From Patescibacteria group bacterium UBA3531 (GTDB taxonomy: Bacteria; Patescibacteriota; Minisyncoccia; Phycocordibacterales; UBA3531), in contig DFOW01000005.1 of NCBI GenBank assembly GCA_002376885.1, positions 1 through 60,771 of the forward strand: a stretch of 60,771 nt of DNA. Direction: 5' to 3'. Shown piece by piece: positions 51,100 to 60,561 of this stretch. Each line of letters begins with the position of its first letter. The first letter of the stretch is position 1. The notes beneath the pieces were generated by a model. That model had not been told where the DNA came from. It was given only the letters and a program-made list of their open reading frames with translations, and searched no databases. The position numbers and the translations under genes are program-made.

Positions 51100-52476
51100 A
51101 TGCATACCAACGAAACAATTTGGACATCCGCATTAACGCAAATAGAACTCTCTGTTTCAAAGGCAAACTTCAATACCTGGTTTAAAAATACATTTATCGC
51201 AAAACAAGATAGTGGAACTATCTATTTAAGCGTTCCTAACGCCTTCGTAAAGGACTGGCTTGCTAATAAATACCATACAAACATTGTACGTGCCTTAAGA
51301 GAGGTACATCCAACCACTCGATGTGTTGAATATGTCATCTCAAAGACACCACCATCTCAAAAAGTTCAACTTGCACAACAAAAACAGGAGGAGGTGTTTA
51401 GCGAACAAATGTCTCTTCGTGATTTTGATGTAAACAGAAACGATGGACTCAATCCAAAATATATTTTTGACACATTTATCGTTGGCCCTTTCAATGAGCT
51501 AGCCCACGCAGCGGGGCAGGCGGTTATAAAAAACCCCGGCTCAAGTTACAATCCGCTTTTTATTTATGGAGGTACTGGTCTTGGTAAAACACACATGATC
51601 CAAGCAATTGGTAATCAAATCAAAAAACAAAACCCCAACAAAAAGATTTATTACATTACCTCTGAACAATTTGCTATTGAATACATTGATTCGGTTCAAA
51701 ACAATAAAATGTATCTCTTTAAAGAGCGCTTCAGAAAATATGACCTTCTTATTATGGATGACATCCAATTTATTTCTGGAAAAGAGAAGACGCAAGAAGA
51801 GCTCTTTCATTTATTTAACAGTTTATATGAAAACAATAAGCAAATTATTTTCTCAAGCGATCAACCACCGAAGGTTATCCCACAACTTGAGGATCGTTTA
51901 CGCTCCCGATTTGAAGGGGGAATGATTGTTGATATCTCAAAGCCGGACTTTGAATCTCGCCTTGCGATCCTAAAAAACAAACTAAAACAAGGCGAATATG
52001 CCCCTTCTGATGAAATTATTGAGTTTACTGCCTCAGTCATCCAAGACAATATTCGTGAGCTTGAGGGTGTTTTAAACTCAATTATTTGCCAAAGCCAACT
52101 AAAAAAACGAGACCTCTCTATCCAGGAGGTTAAGCAACTTATTAAAAACAATACAAAACCTCAAAAAACAATCTCTATTAAAGATGTTATGAAGATTGTT
52201 TCAGACTTTTACAACATTGAGGAGCGAGCACTTTTAGAGAAGTCTCGACGTAAAGAAGTGGTCAAACCCAGACAAGTTGTTATGTATATTTTGCGAGAAG
52301 ATTTAAACACGTCATACCCTTATATTGGTCAAAAGTTGGGTGGGCGAGACCACACAACAGTGATTCATGCCTGTGAAAAAATTAAAAAAGATATAAAGGA
52401 TAATTCTGTTTTAAACCAAGAGATCGAACAAATTAAAAACATACTGTATAACAACCAAGGACAAGGTGTTGTTTAA
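51100..52476 (+). CDS. dnaA: chromosomal replication initiator DnaA
   Basis: ATG at 51100 (the track starts at TTG 51094); Walker A GGTGLGKTH; DDIQF; C-terminal DNA-binding helix region. Confidence 0.95.
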   Translation: MHTNETIWTSALTQIELSVSKANFNTWFKNTFIAKQDSGTIYLSVPNAFVKDWLANKYHTNIVRALREVHPTTRCVEYVISKTPPSQKVQLAQQKQEEVFSEQMSLRDFDVNRNDGLNPKYIFDTFIVGPFNELAHAAGQAVIKNPGSSYNPLFIYGGTGLGKTHMIQAIGNQIKKQNPNKKIYYITSEQFAIEYIDSVQNNKMYLFKERFRKYDLLIMDDIQFISGKEKTQEELFHLFNSLYENNKQIIFSSDQPPKVIPQLEDRLRSRFEGGMIVDISKPDFESRLAILKNKLKQGEYAPSDEIIEFTASVIQDNIRELEGVLNSIICQSQLKKRDLSIQEVKQLIKNNTKPQKTISIKDVMKIVSDFYNIEERALLEKSRRKEVVKPRQVVMYILREDLNTSYPYIGQKLGGRDHTTVIHACEKIKKDIKDNSVLNQEIEQIKNILYNNQGQGVV

Positions 52477-52477
52477 A

Positions 52478-52719
52478 TGTGGAAAAGAATGAAAAAGAAA
52501 TGAATTACTTCTTGGTAAAAAATGGAAAAAGTTTAGAAGAACTTTTAGAAAGAAAATAAAAGATAAGGATTCCACATATTATAGAGAAGGTATTCCACAA
52601 GAAACACAAAGATACCTACCAATAAAAACCAAGAAAACAAAGTGTTATGTAAAGTTTTCAACATATCAACAACACTAATAGTAAAAATAAATTTTAAACA
52701 CTTATAAATAAAACCATTA
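52478..52719. promoter_or_regulatory. candidate oriC (DnaA boxes plus AT-rich unwinding region) between dnaA and dnaN
   Basis: TGTGGAAAA 52478-52486, GATTCCACA 52568-52576 and TATTCCACA 52591-52599. Very A+T-rich stretches lie toward 52650-52719. Confidence 0.55.
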
Positions 52720-53814
52720 ATGAAATTCGAGTGTAAGTTAGACAACTTAAAACAGAAAATCCTTCTTCTGGAAAAAATCACCGGACGAAACTTATCGCTC
52801 CCAATACTTAACTCAGTACTTTTTATTGTTAAGGGTAATACCATTCTTCTTCGTGCAACTAATCTCGAAGTAGGGGTTGAAATAACTATTCCGGCAAAAA
52901 TTGGTAAAGAAGGAACATTTGCAATAGAGGGACGTGTTATTAGTAGTTTTCTTAATTCACTTGATGGGGATGAGAATATTACATTTGAACAACTCGATAA
53001 CACTATCTCTATAACCACCAAAAAGCACTCTACAATCATTAAAATCACTCCACATGATGACTTTCCTAGTCTCCCTAAAATTCACCAAAATAAGGCAAAA
53101 ATTAGGCCTCAAATACTTATTGAGGGGTTACGATCAGTATGGTTTTCGGCATCAGTTTCAGATATAAAACCTGAAATTGCGAGTATCTACCTTTACTCAC
53201 AAGGAAGAGACCTTGTTTTTGTAGCTACTGACTCATTCCGACTTGCAGAAAAAACAATCAAAGGCGTGGGGGTTAATATTGACCCTATTCTTATCCCATT
53301 AAAAAACGCCCTTGAAATTGGAAGATTCTTTGATGGGGCAGTAGACGAGCTTTCGGTTTCTTCAGATAAAAACCAATTAGCACTTGAAACAAAAGAGATT
53401 TACTTTACAACACGGCTCACCGATGGAGTGTACCCCGATTACCGACAAATTATTCCAAAAGGAACAAAGACACAAGTAGTGGTGCTTAAAAAAGATTTTG
53501 TAAACTCTCTTAAAACAGCAAACATTTTTGTTGATGATTTCAATAAAATTAATCTCAAAATTATTCCTGAGGACTCTCTTTTAGAAATAGAATCAAAAAA
53601 TACAAAAGTAGGAGAAAACACTACACAAATTGAGGCGCACCTGGAAGGCGACCCTATTGAAATGAGCTTTAACTTTAAATATCTTTCAGAGGTGTTTCCT
53701 ATTATTACGCATGACAGCGTTGCACTTAGATTTAATGACACCAATAAGCCGCTTATTATTAGTCCTGTGGGTGACCCAAGTCTTCTTTATCTTGTGATGC
53801 CGGTTAATCGTTAA
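52720..53814 (+). CDS. dnaN: DNA polymerase III beta sliding clamp
   Basis: 364 aa; three-domain clamp length; position after dnaA; MPV at the C-terminus. Confidence 0.92.
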   Translation: MKFECKLDNLKQKILLLEKITGRNLSLPILNSVLFIVKGNTILLRATNLEVGVEITIPAKIGKEGTFAIEGRVISSFLNSLDGDENITFEQLDNTISITTKKHSTIIKITPHDDFPSLPKIHQNKAKIRPQILIEGLRSVWFSASVSDIKPEIASIYLYSQGRDLVFVATDSFRLAEKTIKGVGVNIDPILIPLKNALEIGRFFDGAVDELSVSSDKNQLALETKEIYFTTRLTDGVYPDYRQIIPKGTKTQVVVLKKDFVNSLKTANIFVDDFNKINLKIIPEDSLLEIESKNTKVGENTTQIEAHLEGDPIEMSFNFKYLSEVFPIITHDSVALRFNDTNKPLIISPVGDPSLLYLVMPVNR

Positions 53815-53818
53815 CCGT

Positions 53819-54082
53819 ATGGCATGGAAAGACATAAACCCCTTTCTTTCTCGATTTAAACACCTTGAGCCCCCCGACAAGGCTGTTAAAGACGTGTGTG
53901 TGCGTATTGTTAAGCAAACGCTCGACATACATTTAAAACATGAAGAAATACGAGTTGAAAAATATTCAATCAGACTTTTTACAAGTCCGGTAGTAAAAAA
54001 CGAGATTTTTTTACATAGATCTCAAATACTTCTTGATATAAACAAGACGCTTGCTGGAAAACATATTCAAGATATTGTTTAA
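53819..54082 (+). CDS. small DUF721/DciA-like protein
   Basis: 87 aa; position after dnaN; IRLFTSPVVKNEIFLHRSQILLDINKTLA resembles the DUF721 core. Confidence 0.35.
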   Translation: MAWKDINPFLSRFKHLEPPDKAVKDVCVRIVKQTLDIHLKHEEIRVEKYSIRLFTSPVVKNEIFLHRSQILLDINKTLAGKHIQDIV

Positions 54083-56640
54083 CGAATGTCGATAGAGACT
54101 GACTCTTCGTTCACATTACGAACCGTATCGTAAGCACGCACCGTAATAGTATTTGTTCCTTTTCGGTACGAGACACTAGAAGGAGATACTGTAAAGGTAA
54201 ACGGGGCACTATTGCGCGTTCCCAAATACTCTCCATTGAAGAAGAAGTCAACTTGGGTCACCGGATTAACACCTTGTATGTTTGCACCAATTGCAATAGA
54301 GCTTTCGAGTGTAAAGTTTTGATTATTACCAGGAGAAGTAATAGTGATGGTTGGTCTAAACTCTGGTTTATGGATCGTATCAAGCTCGGTTGGAATGACA
54401 GAACTTGTTTCTTCAATGATTCCATTATCTTCAACCCACTTACGCACAGGGGTTTCCCACAACTCATATTGAGAATCGTTCTCCGGATTTTCGGGAACGT
54501 TTCCGTTTGGATTATTTTTATTAACCCAATGCAAAATAGAATGAACCTCTTTAATCACTTTTTGTTCGCGGGTTTCGTCAGGAGTAAATTCAGTTGCAAG
54601 GTTTCCAGAAATACTATCAATTTCATACACTTGGCCTCCCTCCCATACGCCACGTAACACTGGTTTTATGTTACGAGGATCGGTGCTGCTTGTATATTGT
54701 TTAAATTGTTCGGGTGGAAATTTATTAAGAGCCTCTCGCATGAATTCGTTCCACATAGGAGCAACCACAAATCCTGCGACACGTCGTTCCATAGAGCTAT
54801 TGTCGTTATTTCCGGCCCACGCACCAATGGCAATGTTTGGGGTGTATCCAACAATCCAAGCATCCCTATAATCGTTTGTGGTACCTGTTTTTGCAGCAAC
54901 ATCCCGTCCGGGGAAGTGAAGTGGTGAGTTAAATCCAAATGATGGCGCTCGTGCATCGTTATCACTCAATACATCATTAATTTGGAGTGCAACATCCTCT
55001 TCAAGAACACGTCGCGACCGTAAGTTAAATTCTTCTAAAACATTACCGTTCTTGTCTTCAATTTTTATAATTTTTTCGTGGGGGTTACGCAAGCCATTGT
55101 TTGCAAACACAGAGTAGGCGCTTGTGAGCTCAAGAAGGGTAACCTCTCCACCTCCAAGCACAAGCGTAAGACCATACTGGTTCACATCGTTTAAACTTGA
55201 AATCCCTAAGTCTCGAGCAGTTTCAAGAGAGTCAATGAGCCCCGCAAGGTAGAGGGTTTTTACGGCTGGGATGTTTACCGATTGAGCAAGAGCATCTCGT
55301 AAGCTAATGGGTCCACGGAACGTATTGTCGTAGTTTACCGGCGAATAACACACATCAGGGTTCACGCCAGGAAGTGGTTCTCCTTCAGAGTCACATGCTG
55401 TTGAGAATTGTGTGGGAAGATCAAAAACAGTGGTGTCAGGAGTGTAGCCTTCTTTAAATGCTGTCGCGTAAACGAAGGGTTTAAACGCAGAACCTGGCTG
55501 TCGTTTTGCGAGTGTAATATTAAAGTTCCCATCTTCTTCGGTGTCAAAATAATCTTTTGATCCCACCATGGTTAAGATGTGGCCCGTTTTAGGGTCGATT
55601 GCAATGATCCCAGCGTTGCTTGCATTAAAGTTCTCTGCATTAAGTTCTGCATAGCGAGCAACAATTTCTTCTGCTTTTTGTTGAAGCTCCCAGTCGAGAG
55701 TAGTTATAACGTTGAGTCCTTGGGTTTCAACTGCGTCACGACCATATTCTCGTTCAAGGTATTCGCGAACATACATTACAAAATGTGGTGCTTTGATTCC
55801 TTGCTCGCTTGGTGGAGCGAACAACACTTCTTCTTGTTTAGCGCCAGCGGCTTCTTCTTCGGTAATAAACCCAAGCTCTACCATTCGATCAAGTACAAGA
55901 TTTTTCCGTGCCTCAAGGTCGTCGGTATTATCTCCGTAAGGAGAATAGTAGGTTGGTGCCTGAGGAAGGGCGGCAAGGTAGGCGGACTCTGCAAGAGATA
56001 CATCTTTTGCATTCTTTCCAAAGAAAGCAAGACTTGCTTCTTCAATTCCATACAACGTTCCACCGTACGGTGCCTCGTTTAAGTACATGTGGAGAATCTC
56101 GTCTTTTTCAAGAACACGCTCAAGTTTTAATGAAAGAACCGCCTCCTTTAATTTTCGAACATAACGCTTTTCGTTAGTGAGAAGAGTAAGTTTTACTACT
56201 TGTTGTGTAATCGTAGACCCCCCCTGCCCACGCAAGTCAAACGAAAGAAGGTTGCTTATAAAGGCTCGTGCAATAGCGGTTGGTTTAACTCCTTTGTGGT
56301 CGTAAAATTCAGAGTCTTCAATGGCAACGGTTGCGTTTCGTGCATAACGAGAAATCTCTTCAAACGGAACAACTTGCCGTTTAACATCTCGGTAAACATC
56401 AAATAAAAGTACCTCTCCGGTTCTGTCATAAATCTTGGTTGATTCTTCTATTTTTCTTTGTTCAAATGATTGAAAGTCAGGGAGGGGGACGAGCGCAAAC
56501 CATAAAATAAAGATCCCCGTAAGCAAAAAACCTCCACTTACAAGGAGGGCAAGAAGGTGTCTCGTGCGCTCTTTTTTGGCATGGTGATGTGCCTTTTTGA
56601 TTATATTTTTCACCATATTTTCTCTTTTAAACTTTAGCAT
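54079..56640 (-). CDS. class A penicillin-binding protein (transglycosylase/transpeptidase) with C-terminal extension
   Basis: 853 aa; TM; GT51 motifs (AIEDSEFYDHKG, GGSTITQQ); transpeptidase SAFKP and KTGTT. Confidence 0.92.
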   Translation of the reverse strand: MLKFKRENMVKNIIKKAHHHAKKERTRHLLALLVSGGFLLTGIFILWFALVPLPDFQSFEQRKIEESTKIYDRTGEVLLFDVYRDVKRQVVPFEEISRYARNATVAIEDSEFYDHKGVKPTAIARAFISNLLSFDLRGQGGSTITQQVVKLTLLTNEKRYVRKLKEAVLSLKLERVLEKDEILHMYLNEAPYGGTLYGIEEASLAFFGKNAKDVSLAESAYLAALPQAPTYYSPYGDNTDDLEARKNLVLDRMVELGFITEEEAAGAKQEEVLFAPPSEQGIKAPHFVMYVREYLEREYGRDAVETQGLNVITTLDWELQQKAEEIVARYAELNAENFNASNAGIIAIDPKTGHILTMVGSKDYFDTEEDGNFNITLAKRQPGSAFKPFVYATAFKEGYTPDTTVFDLPTQFSTACDSEGEPLPGVNPDVCYSPVNYDNTFRGPISLRDALAQSVNIPAVKTLYLAGLIDSLETARDLGISSLNDVNQYGLTLVLGGGEVTLLELTSAYSVFANNGLRNPHEKIIKIEDKNGNVLEEFNLRSRRVLEEDVALQINDVLSDNDARAPSFGFNSPLHFPGRDVAAKTGTTNDYRDAWIVGYTPNIAIGAWAGNNDNSSMERRVAGFVVAPMWNEFMREALNKFPPEQFKQYTSSTDPRNIKPVLRGVWEGGQVYEIDSISGNLATEFTPDETREQKVIKEVHSILHWVNKNNPNGNVPENPENDSQYELWETPVRKWVEDNGIIEETSSVIPTELDTIHKPEFRPTITITSPGNNQNFTLESSIAIGANIQGVNPVTQVDFFFNGEYLGTRNSAPFTFTVSPSSVSYRKGTNTITVRAYDTVRNVNEESVSIDIR

Positions 56641-56682
56641 AGGGGTTAGGACAAAAAAAGGAAATCATGTTACCGTAGTAGC

Positions 56683-57867
56683 ATGAATAGAAGCCAAAAC
56701 GATCTTATTGGAGATATCCTCGACAGAGGAACAGAAGATATTTTGGTACGTGAGAGTTTAGAAAAAAAACTCAAATCTGGCAAGACACTCAATGTTAAGT
56801 TAGGTATTGACCCCACTTCAAAAAATATCCATTTAGGGCGTGCCATTCCCTTAAGGAAGCTCAAACAATTCCAAGACTTAGGCCACAAAATAACCCTTAT
56901 TGTGGGTGATTTTACCGCCCGAATTGGTGATCCAAGTGACAAGCTCGAAAAACGACCCATGTTGACCTCAAAAGAGATCAAAGAAAACATGCGGGACTAC
57001 AAACAATTGATTGGAAAGATTTTAAACCTTCGCAAAACAAAATTTGTTTACAACAGTAGGTGGCTCTCACGTCTTAAGTTTGAAGAACTAAGCCACATAG
57101 CAGAAGTGTTTTCAGTAAACCAGCTTAGTGCGCGTCGCAATTTTAAAGATCGTCTTGCACGTGGGGAAGAAGTTAGCTTACGAGAATTTTTATACCCCAT
57201 CATGCAAGGGTATGATTCGGTAAAAGTAAAAGCCGATGTTGAAATAGGTGGTTTTGATCAATTGTTTAACTTGCGAGCCGGTAGAACCATTCAAAAGTTT
57301 TACCAACAAGAAGAGCAAGATATTTTAACAACCACCATGCTCGAAGGAACCGACGGAAGAAAGATGTCGAGCTCGTGGGGGAATGTTATTAATATAAACG
57401 ATGCTCCAAACGATATGTTTGGAAAGCTTATGCGAGTAAACGATGAGCTTATTGCAAAGTACTTTCTTCTTTGTACAGAACTGCCCCTATCAGAAATTGA
57501 TGAGTATGAAAAAAAGCTTCATAACGGAACCAATCCCCGTGATATTAAATTAAGGTTGGCAAACGCGATTGTTGCTTTGTATCATGGAGAAGACGAGGCA
57601 CAAAAAGCAGAAGACTATTTTGTAAACACGTTTAGTAAAAAAGAATTACCAACTGACCCCGATACAAAATTAAAGGGAGTGAAAGGAGAAGAGCTTGTCG
57701 ACGTTTTAGTTCGAGAAGGTTTTGTTTCTTCAAAGAGTGAATATAGACGAAAACGAGATGAGGGAGCTGTTTCTCTTGATGGAGAAAAAATAACAGGAGA
57801 TGTTCAAATACAAGAAGACTCAATCATAAAAATAGGGAAAAAGATTGCAAAAATAATTGTCTCCTAA
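56683..57867 (+). CDS. tyrS: tyrosine--tRNA ligase
   Basis: 394 aa; GIDPTSKNIHLGRA (HIGH-like), KMSSS (KMSKS), C-terminal S4-like domain. Confidence 0.9.
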   Translation: MNRSQNDLIGDILDRGTEDILVRESLEKKLKSGKTLNVKLGIDPTSKNIHLGRAIPLRKLKQFQDLGHKITLIVGDFTARIGDPSDKLEKRPMLTSKEIKENMRDYKQLIGKILNLRKTKFVYNSRWLSRLKFEELSHIAEVFSVNQLSARRNFKDRLARGEEVSLREFLYPIMQGYDSVKVKADVEIGGFDQLFNLRAGRTIQKFYQQEEQDILTTTMLEGTDGRKMSSSWGNVININDAPNDMFGKLMRVNDELIAKYFLLCTELPLSEIDEYEKKLHNGTNPRDIKLRLANAIVALYHGEDEAQKAEDYFVNTFSKKELPTDPDTKLKGVKGEELVDVLVREGFVSSKSEYRRKRDEGAVSLDGEKITGDVQIQEDSIIKIGKKIAKIIVS

Positions 57868-57872
57868 AAACT

Positions 57873-57898
57873 AAAACCCCCGCGCATGCGGGGGTTTT
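57873..57898. terminator. bidirectional terminator
   Basis: AAAACCCCCGC-GCAT-GCGGGGGTTTT. Confidence 0.8.
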
Positions 57899-57904
57899 AG
57901 GTAA

Positions 57905-57991
57905 CTATTCTTCGTCGTCTCCTCCTTCCTCTTCGTCGTCTCCATCATCGTCTCCGTCCATGTCGAGTCGAGGTGTGTAGTCGAGTACCAT
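57905..57991 (-). CDS. candidate 28-aa acidic micro-ORF (MVLDYTPRLDMDGDDDGDDEEEGGDDEE)
   Basis: ATG-to-TAG frame downstream of ruvC; no close RBS; style matches 11528-11644. Confidence 0.2.
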   Translation of the reverse strand: MVLDYTPRLDMDGDDDGDDEEEGGDDEE

Positions 57992-58071
57992 ATACACGAT
58001 ATGTTAGTCTCCTATAAAGCGACCTTTTAAAACACTACATTTGTACTAAAAATTAAAAGGAGGAGCAAACC

Positions 58072-58617
58072 CTAAGAAATCCCTTTTGGGGATAAAGTGT
58101 TGATATCTCGATAGAGGCATGCAAGGCCCGTAGCTATAGCGTCAAACTCGTCATCTAAGCGCTTTTTTTCAGGGAGTTTTACCGTGTGACCAACCATAAT
58201 TGCCACTTGGTTTTTGGGCGCTGTGCCGTGGCCTGCGATCGTCATTTTAATTTCAAGGGGGGTATATTCAAAAATAGGCAGGTTAAACGTTTTTGATAAG
58301 TAAATAACCATGCCTCTAACCTCAGAAACTCGAGAAGCCGTCTTTTGATTTTTAGTAACAAAAAGATTCTCTACAGCAACAGCATCCGGACTCCATTTTT
58401 TTAAAAGGTTTTCAAGTTCTTTCCCTAAAAAAAGAAGTCTGTCTGAAAATTCATCAGATTTATTTGTTACAAAACAGTCAGAAAAAAGAAGAGACTCTCT
58501 TCCATCTTCTTTTTTGACCAGAGCCACACCAAATCGGTCGTACCCTGGGTCAATACCAAGAACAATTATAGGTTCTGTATCTTTTTTACTCTTCATTTGA
58601 GAAGACAGTATCGACAT
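58072..58617 (-). CDS. ruvC: crossover junction endodeoxyribonuclease RuvC
   Basis: IIVLGIDPGYDRFGVA catalytic start; the true start may be the Met at 58596. Confidence 0.9.
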   Translation of the reverse strand: MSILSSQMKSKKDTEPIIVLGIDPGYDRFGVALVKKEDGRESLLFSDCFVTNKSDEFSDRLLFLGKELENLLKKWSPDAVAVENLFVTKNQKTASRVSEVRGMVIYLSKTFNLPIFEYTPLEIKMTIAGHGTAPKNQVAIMVGHTVKLPEKKRLDDEFDAIATGLACLYRDINTLSPKGIS

Positions 58618-59116
58618 CCTCTTTTTCTTCCAGTTTCTCTATAACCTTTGCAAGCTTTTCTTTGTCATCGTCACCTAAAGGAGTTTTTGTTTGGGGGACC
58701 CATTCGTTTCCAGATTTTTCAAATGCCCAACTTGCTGCACCTTGTGCTGCAAGTGACAAACCAAACGATGAAAGTGCATGCTTTACTTCTTGGGAAGCCC
58801 TATTTTTATTGTCGGTGAACCCTTCAATAATAAGAGCAACACCACCAGGGCCATAAGCCTCGTATGTTACTTGTTCGAGAGCTTGCGCATTTTTACCACT
58901 TGCTCGTTCAATGGTTCGTTCAATATTTTGTTTTGGCATGCTGTCGGCTTGCGCGCGCTCAATTGCTGACCTGACAGAAGGGGACGACGCATCTCCGCCA
59001 GCTTCTTTTAAGGCAATCGTAATGTTTTTTACGTGCGTGCTAAATATCTTACTTTTTTTAGCATCGGTTGCTGCTTTTTTGTGTTTAATTTTTGAAAATT
59101 TATTATGTCCTGCCAT
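58586..59116 (-). CDS. yebC: YebC/PmpR family protein (short, 176 aa)
   Basis: MAGHNKFSKIKHKKAATDAKKSKIF...A.....MPK.NIERTIERASG. Confidence 0.88.
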   Translation of the reverse strand: MAGHNKFSKIKHKKAATDAKKSKIFSTHVKNITIALKEAGGDASSPSVRSAIERAQADSMPKQNIERTIERASGKNAQALEQVTYEAYGPGGVALIIEGFTDNKNRASQEVKHALSSFGLSLAAQGAASWAFEKSGNEWVPQTKTPLGDDDKEKLAKVIEKLEEKEDVDTVFSNEE

Positions 59117-59117
59117 G

Positions 59118-60146
59118 TTATAAAAGTTTCTTTTGTTGTGATTCTGGTAATTCGATCCCTAGGTGTTCGTACCCAAGTGCGGTGAGCACGCGTCCGCGCG
59201 GAGTCTTTTCTATAAGTCCTAACTGGATTAAGTAGGGCTCATGAACCTCTTCTAACGTTTGTTCATCTTCTCCGATAGCGGTTGCAATAGTGCTAATACC
59301 AACGGGCCCCCCGCCAAACTTGAGCGCAATTGCCTCAAGAATATTTGTATCAAGCGAAGACAATCCTAACTCATCTACTCCCAATAAGTCGAGCGCCTCA
59401 AGTACGGTCTCTTTTGTGAGTGGTTTTTTATGTACTTGGGCATAGTCGCGTGCTCGTTTAAGTAAATGGTTTGCGGTTCTGGGAACGCTTCGTGCGCGCT
59501 TTGCAATTTCTTCTGCACCACTTTCATCAATCTCGATATCTAAAATTTTTGCACTTCTAGTGATGATTCTTTTGATTTCACCATCAGTGTAAGGATTGAG
59601 TCGGTATGTTCCACCTCCAAATCGTGATCGAAGTGGAGAAGAAAGAAGTGCCATTCGCGTGGTTGCTGCAACCAAGGTAAACGGAGGAAGTTCAAGTTGG
59701 ATAGTGCGAGCGCCTGGACCTTTTCCAATAATAATGTTTAAAGTACCAGACTCCATAGCAGGATAGAGTACTTCCTCAATCATTTTGTTAAGTCGATGGA
59801 TTTCATCAATAAACAAAACGTCTCCATGAGAGAGATTAGTTAAAATAGAGGCAAGATCACCAACTTTCTCAATCGCAGGGCCCGAGGTCATTTTAATTTG
59901 AGTGCCCATTTCTTTAGCTACCAGGTAGGCTAGGGTGGTTTTACCAAGGCCAGGAGAGCCATAAAAAAGAAGATGCTCTGGTGGGTGGCTGCGCTCGGTC
60001 GCAGCTCCCAAGAGGATCTGAAGATTCTTTTTAATGTCTTCTTGCCCCACATAATGTTCCCAAGAAATAGGCCGAAGGGCGCTATCAAGAAACTTGCCGT
60101 CGTTTCCTGCATTTTGATGATTCTCAATTGGGGGCTCTGTTGACAT
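59118..60146 (-). CDS. ruvB: Holliday junction branch migration helicase RuvB
   Basis: 342 aa; Walker A GSPGLGKTT; VLFIDEIHRL; C-terminal winged helix. Confidence 0.95.
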   Translation of the reverse strand: MSTEPPIENHQNAGNDGKFLDSALRPISWEHYVGQEDIKKNLQILLGAATERSHPPEHLLFYGSPGLGKTTLAYLVAKEMGTQIKMTSGPAIEKVGDLASILTNLSHGDVLFIDEIHRLNKMIEEVLYPAMESGTLNIIIGKGPGARTIQLELPPFTLVAATTRMALLSSPLRSRFGGGTYRLNPYTDGEIKRIITRSAKILDIEIDESGAEEIAKRARSVPRTANHLLKRARDYAQVHKKPLTKETVLEALDLLGVDELGLSSLDTNILEAIALKFGGGPVGISTIATAIGEDEQTLEEVHEPYLIQLGLIEKTPRGRVLTALGYEHLGIELPESQQKKLL

Positions 60147-60231
60147 ACAGAGATAGTATATAGTATGATGCCGGAACGCTAAAGGGGTCTAGGGGGCTTG
60201 ACCCCTCAAATCACTAACGTATTTGTAGGGG

Positions 60232-60259
60232 TTGACAAATATTTCATCTATGCTACTAT
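60232..60259 (+). promoter_or_regulatory. promoter (TTGACA-N16-TACTAT) driving the hairpin leader and the terminal GC-rich gene
   Basis: TTGACA 60232-60237; TACTAT 60254-60259. Confidence 0.45.
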
Positions 60260-60293
60260 GTTTTGCAGCATATATAGTAGTTGATCTTTCTTA

Positions 60294-60458
60294 TTGAGGT
60301 CATACATCTCTAAGCAATCGGGCCGCAAGGCAAAGGGTTTTATAAAGAGGACGCCCTGGTGCTTCGTTTACGAAGACTCTCTGGAGCTATCCTTCGAGTA
60401 ATGCCTTTTAACTTTAATTTATACGATTAACTGATTGCTTAGAGGTGTGTGGCCTCAA
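60294..60458 (+). ncRNA. 165-nt element closed by a 26-bp stem; possible divergent third member of the CTGCCG/GATAAG motif family
   Basis: 60294-60319 pairs with 60433-60458 at all 26 positions. Three of these are U-G pairs that would be C-A mismatches on the minus strand. Internal GCCGCAAGGCAAAG (60322-35), TGCTTCG (60360-66) and TCGAGTAATG (60394-60403) echo the motif blocks. Confidence 0.45.
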
Positions 60459-60561
60459 AAATGGGTCACACCGTTCTTTGAGATAATTTGTATCTAAACG
60501 GGCCCGTGCATATCTTGCGAGGTGCAAGAGAAGACGACGTCCACACAGGAAAGGACTTGCC

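Noticed and set aside
52545-53048. 167-aa minus-strand ORF across the dnaA-dnaN spacer and the dnaN start
   Set aside because: It is an A+T-rich hydrophobic artefact, antisense to dnaN and overlapping the origin region.
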